Assembly (NCBI GenBank): GCA_024233975.1
Contig: JACKOX010000005.1
Coordinates: forward strand, 28,716-92,715
Reading direction: 5' to 3'
Length of the DNA stretch: 64,000 nucleotides
DNA from: Rhodanobacteraceae bacterium
Lineage (GTDB): Bacteria; Pseudomonadota; Gammaproteobacteria; Xanthomonadales; Xanthomonadaceae
In this document: in pieces, positions 1 through 10,803 of the stretch
Layout: every line of letters starts with the position of its first letter
How positions within the stretch are numbered: the first letter of the stretch is position 1
Notes under the pieces: model-generated
The model's input: only the letters and a program-made list of their open reading frames with translations
Told to the model about the DNA's origin: nothing
The model's database searches: none
Made by a program: the position numbers and the translations under genes

Positions 1-1
1 G

Positions 2-850
2 GTGAAGGAGCCGATTGCCGGCGATCTCCAGCACCTTCGCAAAGACCACCTGTTGTTCTGCTACCTGCACCTGGCTGCCGAGCCGGAGCTGACCCGCAAG
101 CTGCTGGATATCGGCCTGACTGGTATCGCCTTCGAGACCGTCGAGCTGGATAACGGCGACCTGCCGCTGCTGGCTCCGATGTCGATCATCGCCGGCCGCA
201 TCGCCACGCAGATCGGCACGCACCTGCTGCATATGCCGGCTGGTGGCAAGGGCCTGCTGCTAGGCGGCCTGCCGTCCACCGAGCGTGGTCGCGTGGTGGT
301 GCTGGGTGCCGGTGCCGCTGGTGGCAACTCCGCGCAGCTGGCTGCAGCTGGCGGCGCCAATGTCGTTGTCTTCGAGAAGCGCCAGGACCGCATGGCCCAG
401 ATGATGGCGCTGGGCGCCAACGTCACCGCGCTGTATCCGTACGCCGAAACCGTGGCCCGCGAACTGGCCCGTGCCGATCTCGTGATCGGCGCCGTGCTGG
501 TCACCGGTGCCCGCGCGCCGCACGTGGTTTCGCGTGAAATGGTGTCCGGCATGCAGCCCGGCAGCGTGATGGTCGACATCTCGGTCGATCAGGGTGGCTG
601 CTTCGAGACGACCCGCCCGACCACCTACGCCGATCCGACCTACGTGGTCGACGACGTCACCCATTTCGCCGTCACCAACATGCCGGGTGCGGTGCCGCGG
701 ACCTCGTCGCAGGCCATTTGTGCAGCGATCCTGCCGTTCGTGTCCAAGCTGGCGGATGGCGGCTGGCGCGACAACCAGCCGCTGGTACGCGGCATCAACG
801 TGGAAGACTGCCGTCTGGTTCACCCTGCCTTGCAGGACATGAACGTCTAA
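2..850 (+). CDS. ald: Alanine dehydrogenase, C-terminal ~280 aa (N-terminus lies upstream of the window)
   Basis: ORF open at the window edge. NAD Rossmann motif VVVLGAGAAGGN and family-typical VDISVDQGGCFETTRPTT and FAVTNMPGAVPRTS. TAA stop at 848-850. Confidence 0.85.
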   Translation: MKEPIAGDLQHLRKDHLLFCYLHLAAEPELTRKLLDIGLTGIAFETVELDNGDLPLLAPMSIIAGRIATQIGTHLLHMPAGGKGLLLGGLPSTERGRVVVLGAGAAGGNSAQLAAAGGANVVVFEKRQDRMAQMMALGANVTALYPYAETVARELARADLVIGAVLVTGARAPHVVSREMVSGMQPGSVMVDISVDQGGCFETTRPTTYADPTYVVDDVTHFAVTNMPGAVPRTSSQAICAAILPFVSKLADGGWRDNQPLVRGINVEDCRLVHPALQDMNV

Positions 851-901
851 TCTGTCGTAATATCAGCTACTAACGACAGGTTATTCAGGTCAATTATCAC
901 G

Positions 902-3226
902 GTGGCACGCGCCTCGAAAGACGCCAAATCCGCCGCGCCCGAGACTCCGGACCGGGCGCGGCGGCTTCGCAGGGAAAGCCTGATCCTGCTGCTTGCGCCG
1001 GTGCTGCTGTACCTGCTGGCCTGCCTCGTGACCTACAGCCCGCAGGATCCCGGCTGGTCCCATGCAGGCAACATCACAGGACGAGTGCAGAACTTCGGCG
1101 GTAGCTTTGGCGCGTGGATGGCCGATATCGCGCTGTATTTCCTGGGCTACGCCAACTACCTGGTCATCCTGCTGTTCGGCCTGCTGCTCTGGCAGGCGAT
1201 GCGCGGCTCGGACCGCAATGACGACCACGGTTTCACGCCGGCCTGGCGGCTGGTCGGTGCGGTGGCGCTGGTCGTTTCCGGCGCGGCGCTGGCGCACGCG
1301 CGCATGGTGGCGCTGTCCGACCTGCCGGAAGGCAGCGGCGGCATCCTGGGGCAACTGGTTGGCGGCAGCCTGTTGCGGATCTTCGGTCCGCTGGGCGTCA
1401 ACCTGCTACTGGTCGCGCTGTTCCTGGTGGCGGTGACGCTGGTCACCGGACTCAGCTGGTTCCGCCTGATGGACCGCATCGGGCAGGGCGTGCTGTGGTT
1501 GTGGGAGAAAGCCGGCGACGCCCGTCATGCCTTCCGTGAATGGCGCACCGCCCGTGCGGCCAAGGTCGAGCGCGAGGAAGTGCGCAAGATCGACACCGAA
1601 AAGCGCGCCAAACGCGAGCCGGTACGCATTGAGCCCAAGATCAAGCCGATCGAGAAGAGCGAGCGCGCCACCCGGGACACGCAGATCCCGCTGTTCAACA
1701 TCGAGCGCCAGGATGGCCTGCCACCGCTGTCGGTGCTGGACGATCCCAAGCCGCAGCCGGCCGGCTATTCGGCGGAAACGCTGGAAACCCTGTCACGCCA
1801 GATCGAGCTGAAGCTGCGCGACTTCCGCATCGAGGCGCAGGTCGAGGGCGTGTTTCCCGGTCCGGTGGTGACCCGCTTCGAGCTGGAACCGGCGCCCGGC
1901 GTGAAGGGCAGCCAGATCAGCAACCTCGACAAGGACATCGCCCGCGGCCTGTCCGTCACCAGCGTTCGCGTGGTCGACGTGATTCCCGGCAAGTCGGTGA
2001 TTGGTCTGGAAATCCCCAACGCCAACCGGGAGATGATCTACCTCTCGGAGATCCTGCGTTCCAAGGAGTACGACAAGCTCAACAGCCCGCTGGCGCTGGC
2101 ACTGGGCAAGGACATCGCCGGCCGACCGAGCGTGGTCGACCTCGGCCGCATGCCGCACCTGCTGGTGGCCGGCACCACCGGTTCCGGCAAATCCGTTGCG
2201 CTCAACGCCATGGTGCTGAGCCTGCTGTACAAGGCGCGCGCCGCCGACGTGCGCATGCTGATGATCGACCCGAAGATGCTGGAGCTGTCCGTCTACGAGG
2301 GCATCCCGCACCTGCTGGCGCCGGTGGTCACCGACATGAAGGAGGCCGCCAACGGCCTGCGCTGGTGCGTGGCCGAGATGGAGCGCCGCTACAAGCTGAT
2401 GTCGGCCATCGGTGTTCGCAATCTCGCCGGCTTCAACAAGAAGGTGAAGGACGCCGCCGACGCTGGCCAGCCGCTGATGGACCCGCTGTTCACGCCGAAC
2501 CCGGAATTCAACGAGGCGCCGCGCGAGCTGGAGCAGCTGCCGTACCTGGTGGTCATCATCGACGAATTCGCCGACATGATGATGATCGTCGGCAAGAAGG
2601 TCGAAGAGCTGATCGCCCGTCTCGCGCAGAAGGCCCGCGCCGCTGGCATCCACCTGATCCTTGCCACGCAGCGCCCGTCGGTGGACGTCATCACCGGCCT
2701 GATCAAGGCGAACATCCCGACCCGCATCGCCTTCCAGGTCAGTTCCAAGATCGACTCACGCACGATCCTTGATCAGTCAGGCGCGGAAACCCTGCTCGGC
2801 CACGGCGACATGCTCTACCTGCCGCCCGGCACCGCCATGCCCGAGCGCGTCCACGGCGCCTTCGTTAGCGACGACGAAGTGCATCGCGTGGTCGAATACC
2901 TCAAGCAGGTCGGCGGCCGCCCGGACTACATCGAAGGCGTGCTGGAAGAAGTGCAGACCATGGCCGACGGCCAGGTCGTCGGCCCCACCGGCCTGCCCGA
3001 AACCGCCAGCAGCGGCGACGACGAATCCGATCCGCTATACGACGAAGCCGTCCGCATCGTCACCGAAACCCGTCGCGCGTCGATTTCCGGTGTGCAGCGT
3101 CGGCTGAAGGTCGGCTACAACCGCGCGGCGCGAATGATTGAGGCGATGGAGGCCGCCGGCGTGGTCAGTCCGCCGGAGCACAACGGTGATAGGACGGTGT
3201 TGGCGCCGCCGCCGCCGAAGAATTAG
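902..3226 (+). CDS. ftsK: DNA translocase FtsK
   Basis: GTG start. N-terminal polytopic membrane region and charged linker. Motor domain with Walker A GTTGSGKS and [13 protein letters not shown]-terminal gamma winged helix [23 protein letters not shown]. Sits in the ftsK-lolA-rarA-serS order. Confidence 0.95.
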   Translation: MARASKDAKSAAPETPDRARRLRRESLILLLAPVLLYLLACLVTYSPQDPGWSHAGNITGRVQNFGGSFGAWMADIALYFLGYANYLVILLFGLLLWQAMRGSDRNDDHGFTPAWRLVGAVALVVSGAALAHARMVALSDLPEGSGGILGQLVGGSLLRIFGPLGVNLLLVALFLVAVTLVTGLSWFRLMDRIGQGVLWLWEKAGDARHAFREWRTARAAKVEREEVRKIDTEKRAKREPVRIEPKIKPIEKSERATRDTQIPLFNIERQDGLPPLSVLDDPKPQPAGYSAETLETLSRQIELKLRDFRIEAQVEGVFPGPVVTRFELEPAPGVKGSQISNLDKDIARGLSVTSVRVVDVIPGKSVIGLEIPNANREMIYLSEILRSKEYDKLNSPLALALGKDIAGRPSVVDLGRMPHLLVAGTTGSGKSVALNAMVLSLLYKARAADVRMLMIDPKMLELSVYEGIPHLLAPVVTDMKEAANGLRWCVAEMERRYKLMSAIGVRNLAGFNKKVKDAADAGQPLMDPLFTPNPEFNEAPRELEQLPYLVVIIDEFADMMMIVGKKVEELIARLAQKARAAGIHLILATQRPSVDVITGLIKANIPTRIAFQVSSKIDSRTILDQSGAETLLGHGDMLYLPPGTAMPERVHGAFVSDDEVHRVVEYLKQVGGRPDYIEGVLEEVQTMADGQVVGPTGLPETASSGDDESDPLYDEAVRIVTETRRASISGVQRRLKVGYNRAARMIEAMEAAGVVSPPEHNGDRTVLAPPPPKN

Positions 3227-3582
3227 CTTTTCGGAGGCGTTGCCGTGATTCATGCCTTCGTTGCTGCAATTGAGTCTCCCGCCAGTAGGGATTTGTTGGA
3301 CGGGCGAACGGAAGGAAGAGCGCTGTGTGAGGCACTGACACTGGCGGGCATTCCACATTCCGCTGCCTGACAGAACGAGATACTTAAGGAGTCTCTGAAG
3401 GTCGAATCAGTGCCAGTATGATATTTCATAGCAACACCCATCATTCCATCTTTTCGATGGAAATGATTTTGAATTGAGTCACGAAGGAGATTTCTCGTGA
3501 GCCCGGTAGCGTAAATCTGTTTCCTCCGAGATGAAATGGTTCACTCTCGTGTGTCTTGCTTTGAAGCTCAGGCTGCTTGGAA

Positions 3583-3602
3583 TCCAATCTGAAGTGCAAC
3601 AC
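3583..3602. repeat. Left inverted repeat of the IS30-family element
   Basis: tccaatctgaagtgcaacac, about 30 nt upstream of the transposase ATG. Pairs with 4697-4716. Confidence 0.6.
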
Positions 3603-3632
3603 CTTCCTTGTAGGTGACCCCAGGAGGTATGC

Positions 3633-4691
3633 ATGTCGAACAGGTATTGCCAACTCAGCGCAGAGGAGCGCGGTGTGATCATGGCCCGGGTGGTGGACTC
3701 GGTCAGTATGCGAGCGATTGCGCGGGAGCTGGGGCGCGCGCCCAGCAGTATCAGCCGCGAGTTGCGTCGCAATGGCTACAAGCCGCCTGCGGAGTGTGGC
3801 GTGATGGGTCGACCTCGGATCGCCGGTGGCTATGACGCGGCCCGCGCCGGCGCGCGATGCCGTCGCCTGCGCCGGGCCGCCCGGCCTCCGCGCAAACTGC
3901 ATCCCGACTCGGCCCTTTGGGCGTCGGTGCGGCTCTGGCTGGAGGCGGGATGGTCGCCGGCCCAGATTGCCGCCACACTCAAGCGCCTGCACCCCGAACA
4001 ACCGGCCCTTCGAGTGAGTCACGAAACCATCTACACCGCGATCTACGCCGCGCCGCGTGGCGCTCTGCGGCGCGAACTGGTGTCCCTGCTGCGGCAAGGA
4101 CGTGGGGCGCGACGCCCCCGCAGTCGAGGCACGGATCGGCGCGGGAAGCTGAGCGACATTGTCAGCATTCATGTCCGCCCACCGGAAGTCGAAGACCGGG
4201 TGATGCCCGGCCATTGGGAAGGCGACTTCATCAAAGGCGCGCGTAATCGGTCGTCGGTGGGTGTCCTGGTCGAGCGTCACAGCCGACTGGTGCTGCTGGC
4301 AAAAATGGATGGCGCAAGCGCCGAAGCAGCGCTGGAAGGCTTTACCCGCAAGCTCAACAGCATTGCTGCTCCCATGCGCCAGACGCTGACGTACGACCAA
4401 GGCAAGGAGATGGCCAAACATCGCCAACTGACGGAGAACACCGGCGTGCGGGTGTACTTCTGCGACCCGCACAGCCCGTGGCAACGAGGCAGCTGCGAGA
4501 ACACCAACGGCCTGCTGCGCCAGTACCTGCCCAAGGGTGCGGACTTGTCGGTGTACAGTCAGGAGGACCTGGACGCGATTGCTGACCGGCTCAACACTCG
4601 CCCGCGCAAGACACTGGACTGGCGAACGCCCCTGCAAACCTATGCACAGGCGCTGGCCCTTGCCGATGCGCCGACCGGGACGCCTCAGTAA
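3633..4691 (+). CDS. IS30-family DDE transposase
   Basis: 352 aa. N-terminal HTH (IARELGRAPSSISRELRRN). Catalytic core segments HWEGDFI, TYDQGKEM and ENTNGLLRQYLPKG are typical of IS30 transposases. Confidence 0.9.
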   Translation: MSNRYCQLSAEERGVIMARVVDSVSMRAIARELGRAPSSISRELRRNGYKPPAECGVMGRPRIAGGYDAARAGARCRRLRRAARPPRKLHPDSALWASVRLWLEAGWSPAQIAATLKRLHPEQPALRVSHETIYTAIYAAPRGALRRELVSLLRQGRGARRPRSRGTDRRGKLSDIVSIHVRPPEVEDRVMPGHWEGDFIKGARNRSSVGVLVERHSRLVLLAKMDGASAEAALEGFTRKLNSIAAPMRQTLTYDQGKEMAKHRQLTENTGVRVYFCDPHSPWQRGSCENTNGLLRQYLPKGADLSVYSQEDLDAIADRLNTRPRKTLDWRTPLQTYAQALALADAPTGTPQ

Positions 4692-4696
4692 CCCAT

Positions 4697-4716
4697 GTGT
4701 TGCACTTCGGAATTGA
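4697..4716. repeat. Right inverted repeat of the IS30-family element
   Basis: gtgttgcacttcggaattga, starting 6 nt after the transposase stop. Its reverse complement matches IRL over the inner 12 nt. Confidence 0.6.
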
Positions 4717-4953
4717 CTCCGCCTTACTTTTCTTTTGGGCAAGCAAAGAAAAGTGACTCGCTGGCCCGAAGGGACAGTGAAAGCTCCTGATCTTGGTCCA
4801 GGGACCCGAAAGAGCTGGATGCTCAGCCTGCGGCTGAGTTGAAGCGTTCCCGCCGACGCGGGGATGCCGAGCATGACGCAGCCGAATGGCGCTGATGTCG
4901 CCGATTCAGCCTACCTCCGGCACACTGCCGCCATTCCCGCCTCAGGAAACCCC

Positions 4954-5619
4954 GTGAAGCACATCCTGCCTTTTGCTCTCGCCACGATGCTCTTGCCAGC
5001 GTTGGCGGTCTGCGCCGCAGAAACCCCGGCAACAGCCTTCCTCGAAAAACAGACCCAGAACCTCAAGGGCCTGCACGGCGAATTCATCCAGACCGTGTAC
5101 GACGCCGACGGGCAGGCGGTGGAAGAAACCAGCGGCGAGGTGTCGCTGCGGGCGCCAAGACAGTTCCGCTGGGAGTACAAGGCGCCGTTTCCGCAGCTGA
5201 TCGTTGCCGACGGCGACCGCGTGTGGATCTACGACCCGGACCTGGAGCAGGTCAGCGTGCGCCGACAGGGCAATGCCGAGCAGCAGAGTCCGCTGCTGGT
5301 GCTGATCGATCCCTCGGAGCTTGAGCGCCAGTTCAACGTCGAGGGTCCGAAGCCACTAGAGAACGGCGTTTCCCGGCTGGTGCTGACGCCACGCAATCCG
5401 GAAGCCGGCATGACCCGCGCCGACCTCGACTTCCGCGACGATGGTCTCGATCGCATGTCGCTGGTCGACAGCATTGGCCAGCGCACCGAAATCCGCTTCA
5501 GCGCGTGGGAGCGCAATCCCGCATTCGCCGACGGCTGGTTCGGCTTTGATCCGCCGGATGGCGTCGACGTGGTCGGTGACCTGGGCGAAGATCCCGAAGT
5601 CACGCCGCTGGGCGAGTAA
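4954..5619 (+). CDS. lolA: Outer-membrane lipoprotein carrier protein LolA
   Basis: In-frame GTG at 4954 gives signal peptide MKHILPFALATMLLPALAVCAA. LolA-like core FRWEYKAPFPQLIVADGDRVWIYDPDLEQVSV. Canonical position after ftsK. The start is inferred. Confidence 0.85.
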   Translation: MKHILPFALATMLLPALAVCAAETPATAFLEKQTQNLKGLHGEFIQTVYDADGQAVEETSGEVSLRAPRQFRWEYKAPFPQLIVADGDRVWIYDPDLEQVSVRRQGNAEQQSPLLVLIDPSELERQFNVEGPKPLENGVSRLVLTPRNPEAGMTRADLDFRDDGLDRMSLVDSIGQRTEIRFSAWERNPAFADGWFGFDPPDGVDVVGDLGEDPEVTPLGE

Positions 5620-5703
5620 CCGACACCGCCGTCAGGGCGTGATCCGTCCCGGCCGGAAATTCCGTTTCCTCAGGCAATCGCTTCTCTGCCTTGGGAAACC
5701 ACC

Positions 5704-7053
5704 ATGTCCTGCCGCGCCCGTTACCGTCGCTGGTTCTTCGCCGCTGTTGCCGCTTTCGCTTGTTCATCGGGCTGGGCCGCCGACTTCATCGTCACCAACA
5801 CCCTCGATGACGGTGACGTAATCCCGGGCGATGGCAAATGCCAGGCGCTGGGCATCGATGACCTAGCGCATGCCTGCACGCTGCGCGCCGCGATCATGGA
5901 AGCCAATGCGCTGGGTGGCAGCAGCAACATCGCCTTGCCGGAAGGCAGCTACGCCCTGACCGTGATCGGTATCAACGAGGACAACGCCTACACCGGTGAC
6001 CTCGACATCCGCGCCGACATCACCATCGTCAACGGCACCACCAGCTTCCCGGTGATCAAGCAGACCATCAAGGATCGCGTGTTCGACGTGCATCCGGGCG
6101 GTCGGCTGGTGCTGCGCCACGTCTACGTGCGCGACGGGCGAGCCCAGGAACTTGCCGATCCGCGTGGTGGCGGTATTCTCGGCGCCTACGGTTCGGAGCT
6201 GACGCTGGAGCGGACGCATGTCCTGCGCAACTGGGCCAGGCAGGGTGGCGGCATCTTCAGCGAGGGTGCAGTGACACTCATCGATTCCAACGTTCGCAGC
6301 AATGCCATTGTCGATGCCACGCCGGATGCCACCAGCAATGGATCGGGGATCGCGATGGAACGTAGCATCATCGGGCCGGCCAAGTTGACGATGACGCGCA
6401 GTTCGATGACCTTCAACGGCCAGTTGTCGTCCGTAGCCAACGTCGTGCCGAACACCTACGCGCTGGTATTGTCGGATGGTGCCACCGCGCAGCTGGAAAA
6501 CAGCACGCTGGCCTACAACGAACGCGGTGTGTGGGCGTACAACGGCAGCCAGTTGGACATGCGCCACGTGACGATCGCGTCGAATTATGGTTTCGGCCTG
6601 CGTTTCGACGAGGGCCCGGGCAGCGAGCTGCAGCTGTTCGTCCGCCATAGCGTGATTGCCGACAATGAGGGAATCGCCGAATGTCGCAGCGCTGGCGCGA
6701 TGTTCCTGGCGCCGGGTCTGGTACAGCTGGACATCGCTGACGGTTCCAATGCCTCGACGGATCCGTCCTGCGGTTTCTCGGGCGTATCCGATGTCGCTCT
6801 GATGGATTCGCCTTTCCTGACCGGACTGCATTCGGCTGATGTTGGCCAGTACATCGTTCCGGACCCGACCAAGGGCCTGGTTGACGCGGGTGACGTGGCC
6901 TGTTCGTCAGCGGAGGACCAGCGCGAATTGCCGCGCCCGATCAACAGCCTGGGTCTGGAACAGGCGCATTGCGATATCGGCGCCGTCGAATACGACGCCC
7001 TGATCGATCCTGCACCGTCGGCGGACATCTTCTCGGACGGGCTGGAGGACTGA
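5704..7053 (+). CDS. Secreted parallel beta-helix protein with N-terminal CSLREA-type motif (choice-of-anchor-Q-like)
   Basis: Signal peptide. FIVTNTLDDGD...CTLRAAIMEAN motif. Repeated short beta-helix-like turns. C-terminal HCDIGAVEY. The family call is from memory of TIGRFAM descriptions. Confidence 0.6.
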   Translation: MSCRARYRRWFFAAVAAFACSSGWAADFIVTNTLDDGDVIPGDGKCQALGIDDLAHACTLRAAIMEANALGGSSNIALPEGSYALTVIGINEDNAYTGDLDIRADITIVNGTTSFPVIKQTIKDRVFDVHPGGRLVLRHVYVRDGRAQELADPRGGGILGAYGSELTLERTHVLRNWARQGGGIFSEGAVTLIDSNVRSNAIVDATPDATSNGSGIAMERSIIGPAKLTMTRSSMTFNGQLSSVANVVPNTYALVLSDGATAQLENSTLAYNERGVWAYNGSQLDMRHVTIASNYGFGLRFDEGPGSELQLFVRHSVIADNEGIAECRSAGAMFLAPGLVQLDIADGSNASTDPSCGFSGVSDVALMDSPFLTGLHSADVGQYIVPDPTKGLVDAGDVACSSAEDQRELPRPINSLGLEQAHCDIGAVEYDALIDPAPSADIFSDGLED

Positions 7054-7114
7054 GCCTCGCTGACGAGTGGATGGGACGCGCTGCGCGACAGGAGCGGGAC
7101 GCTACACTGTCGGG

Positions 7115-8482
7115 GTGAGCACCGCGAATCCCTCCGCTACTGATCTTTTCAACGCTTCAGGCGACGCGCTGCGCCCGCTGGCCGAGCGCATGCGGCCGCA
7201 GTCGCTGGACGAAATGGTCGGGCAGCGGCGGTTGCTGGCGGAAAGCTCGGCGCTGCGGCGGGCGATTGCTGGCGGGCATCTGCATTCGATGGTGCTGTGG
7301 GGGCCGCCGGGCTGCGGCAAGACCACGCTGGCGCTGCTGCTGGCCAAGTACGCCGACGCCGAGTTTCGCGCCGTCTCGGCGGTGCTTTGCGGGCTGCCCG
7401 AAGTGCGCAAGGTGTTGGCCGAAGCCGAAGCCAACCATGGGCGAGGCCGACGCACGGTGCTGTTCGTCGACGAGGTGCATCGCTTCAACAAGGCGCAGCA
7501 GGATGCCTTCCTGCCGCATATCGAGCGTGGCCACATCCTGTTTGTGGGTGCGACCACCGAGAACCCGAGTTTCGAGCTCAATTCGGCGCTGCTGTCGCGC
7601 TGTCGCGTGCACGTGCTGGAGGCGGTGATCGCCGAGGACATCGAGGTTGCGCTGCGCCGCGCGCTGGATGATGAGGAGCGCGGGCTTGGCGGTCGCGGCC
7701 TGCATATCGAAGACGTCGAGCTGCGCCTGATCGCACAGGCTGCTGACGGCGACGTGCGCCGTGCGCTGACGCTGCTGGAGATTGCCGCGGAGTTGGCTGA
7801 TGGCAGCGGGGCTGAAGGCGAGGGCGGCCTGATCGATGCGGCAACGGTCGAGCAGGTATTGGCTGATCGCACGCGTCGCTTCGACAAGGGTGGCGACCAG
7901 TTCTACGACCAGATCTCGGCGCTTCACAAGTCGGTGCGCAGCTCCAATCCCGATGCGGCGCTGTACTGGTTCGCACGCATGCTGGATGGTGGTTGCGATC
8001 CGATCTACCTGGCGCGGCGCCTCACGCGCATGGCGGTCGAGGACATCGGCCTCGCCGATCCACGTGCGCTGGCAATGGCGACCGATGCCTGGGATGCCTA
8101 CCTGCGTCTGGGTAGTCCGGAGGGCGACTTGGCGCTGGCGCAGGTTGCTGTCTATCTCGCCGCCACCGCCAAAAGCAACGCGGCCTACATGGGCTTCAAG
8201 GCAGCGATGAACGACGTTCGCGAGTTCGGCACGCAGCCGGTGCCGCTGCATCTGCGCAATGCGCCGACCAAGCTGATGAAGTCGCTCGGCCACGGTGATG
8301 GCTACCAGTATGACCACGATGCCGAAGGCGGCGTGGCGCTGGACCAGAGTGGCTTCCCGGACGCGATGGGTGAGCGCGTCTACTACCAGCCGGTCGAGCG
8401 CGGGCTGGAAATCCAGCTGAAGCAGAAGCTGGATGACCTGCGTCGTCGTCGCGAGGCGGCGCGACGTCAGGTCGACGACTGA
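7115..8482 (+). CDS. rarA: Replication-associated recombination protein A (AAA+ ATPase RarA/MgsA)
   Basis: Walker A GPPGCGKTT and Walker B VLFVDEVHRFNK. C-terminal MgsA domain (YDQISALHKSVRSSNPDAALYW). GTG at 7115 preferred over the longer 7067 start. Confidence 0.9.
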   Translation: MSTANPSATDLFNASGDALRPLAERMRPQSLDEMVGQRRLLAESSALRRAIAGGHLHSMVLWGPPGCGKTTLALLLAKYADAEFRAVSAVLCGLPEVRKVLAEAEANHGRGRRTVLFVDEVHRFNKAQQDAFLPHIERGHILFVGATTENPSFELNSALLSRCRVHVLEAVIAEDIEVALRRALDDEERGLGGRGLHIEDVELRLIAQAADGDVRRALTLLEIAAELADGSGAEGEGGLIDAATVEQVLADRTRRFDKGGDQFYDQISALHKSVRSSNPDAALYWFARMLDGGCDPIYLARRLTRMAVEDIGLADPRALAMATDAWDAYLRLGSPEGDLALAQVAVYLAATAKSNAAYMGFKAAMNDVREFGTQPVPLHLRNAPTKLMKSLGHGDGYQYDHDAEGGVALDQSGFPDAMGERVYYQPVERGLEIQLKQKLDDLRRRREAARRQVDD

Positions 8483-8495
8483 CGAGGTTCCCGGT

Positions 8496-8822
8496 TCAGG
8501 CGTCAGCGTTGCCGACGACACCGAACGTGACCGGCGTGCGCGTGTAGAACAGTGGCATGTCTTCGTCCTTCAGCAGCGCCAGCAGGTGCCCGCATTGTTC
8601 CTCGTCCAGGAGGAATTCCACCAGCACCGGGACTTCACCGGCCAGCTCGAAGAAGCTCTGTTCGTGGATGCGTCCATGGCGGCCGAAACCGGCGATGGCG
8701 CGGAAGGCCGAGCCACCGTGGATACCCAGGCCGCGTGCCTTTTCCAGCAGCCATTCGTAGCTCAGCTCGCCATGGATGCGGCGGTTTTCGTAGGTGTAGA
8801 GGCGAAGGTGGATGCCGTTCAT
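8496..8822 (-). CDS. DUF190 (COG1993) small PII-like protein, co-transcribed with crcB
   Basis: 108 aa starting MNGIHLRLYTYENRRIHG...GIHGGSAFRAIAGFG. Lies 13 nt downstream of crcB on the same strand. Confidence 0.75.
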   Translation of the reverse strand: MNGIHLRLYTYENRRIHGELSYEWLLEKARGLGIHGGSAFRAIAGFGRHGRIHEQSFFELAGEVPVLVEFLLDEEQCGHLLALLKDEDMPLFYTRTPVTFGVVGNADA

Positions 8823-8835
8823 GTCTGCGCTCCGC

Positions 8836-9222
8836 TCAATGCTTGATGATCAGTTGCGCCAGCCCGAGGCCGGCCAGTGTGGCGACGATCGAGCCAATGG
8901 TATGGACGACGACGATGCCCGCGGTCCATGCGTATTGCTGTCGCAGCAGCAGCGTCACCGTTTCCGCCGAGAAGGTGGAGAACGTGGTCAGGCCGCCGAG
9001 GAAGCCGGTGGCGATCAGCAGCCGAAGGTTTGGCGGCACCGTCTGGAACTGTTCGAACAGGGCCAGCACCACGCCCATCAGGAAGCCGCCGGACAGGTTG
9101 GCCGCCAGCGTCCCCAGCGGCAGCGTGGGAAATATCGGATTGAAGGCCAGCCCGAGTAGCCAGCGGCAGACCGCTCCGCAGCCGGCGCCGCAGAAAATAG
9201 CGATGGCGGAAGTCAGCGACAT
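8836..9222 (-). CDS. crcB: Fluoride ion channel CrcB (Fluc)
   Basis: Start MSLTSAIAIF at 9222 preceded by GGAG. Four hydrophobic segments. Signature GFLGGLTTFSTF. A fluoride riboswitch lies upstream. Confidence 0.9.
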   Translation of the reverse strand: MSLTSAIAIFCGAGCGAVCRWLLGLAFNPIFPTLPLGTLAANLSGGFLMGVVLALFEQFQTVPPNLRLLIATGFLGGLTTFSTFSAETVTLLLRQQYAWTAGIVVVHTIGSIVATLAGLGLAQLIIKH

Positions 9223-9294
9223 GCGCGTTCTCCGTTTGCTTGGACGCGCGGCGGCAGGGAATACCCGGCGATGCCGCGCAGCCATGGGCGGGCG

Positions 9295-9372
9295 GGACAG
9301 GCATCATCAGCCGGGTGGCGGTTTGCCCGCGTGAACCAGTACGCTGCGGGCCGGAGGCATGCCATCTCCGAG
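9295..9372 (-). promoter_or_regulatory. Fluoride riboswitch (crcB RNA motif) in the crcB leader
   Basis: Minus-strand RNA reads CGGAGAUGGCAUGCCUCCG ... AAACCGCCACCCGGCUGAUGAUGCCU. It contains the conserved GGnGAUGG, AAACCGCC and GCUGAUGAUGCCU blocks. Loop GGCAU can pseudoknot with AUGCC. A ~27-nt extra hairpin is inserted after P1. Confidence 0.7.
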
Positions 9373-9510
9373 CGTCGATGGTATCGCCCTGACCGCGGAT
9401 GCCGTCAAGCCGGCAGGACGATGGCCGCGCTCTTGCCTGCCGCGCGGTTTGCGCGTGGAAGCATGCAGCGCGGATAATCGCGGGCCGAATTTTCATCCGC
9501 TTTCCGATAA

Positions 9511-10800
<1,290 letters not shown>

Positions 10801-10803
10801 CCT

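Larger units (their letters stand above)
3583..4716 (+). mobile_element. IS30-family insertion sequence (~1.13 kb) with imperfect terminal inverted repeats
   Basis: Single transposase ORF flanked by IRL 3583-3602 (tccaatctgaagtgcaacac) and IRR 4697-4716 (reverse complement tcaattccgaagtgcaacac). The inner 12 nt are identical. Exact outer ends and the target duplication are not resolved. Confidence 0.75.

Noticed and set aside
3466-3480. ttttgaattgagtc resembles the outer part of the IS30 right end (tcggaattgactc), which could suggest a second, degraded IS end.
   Set aside because: Only about 10 of 14 nt match, in direct rather than inverted orientation. That is too weak without a search.
3441-4874. 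477-aa minus-strand ORF covering the IS30 transposase region.
   Set aside because: It is antisense to a clearly recognisable transposase. Its Arg/Pro/Gly-rich, low-complexity translation is typical of an antisense frame in GC-rich DNA.
8552-9334. 260-aa plus-strand ORF spanning DUF190, crcB and the riboswitch.
   Set aside because: It is antisense to two well-supported genes and an RNA element, and its translation is low-complexity.
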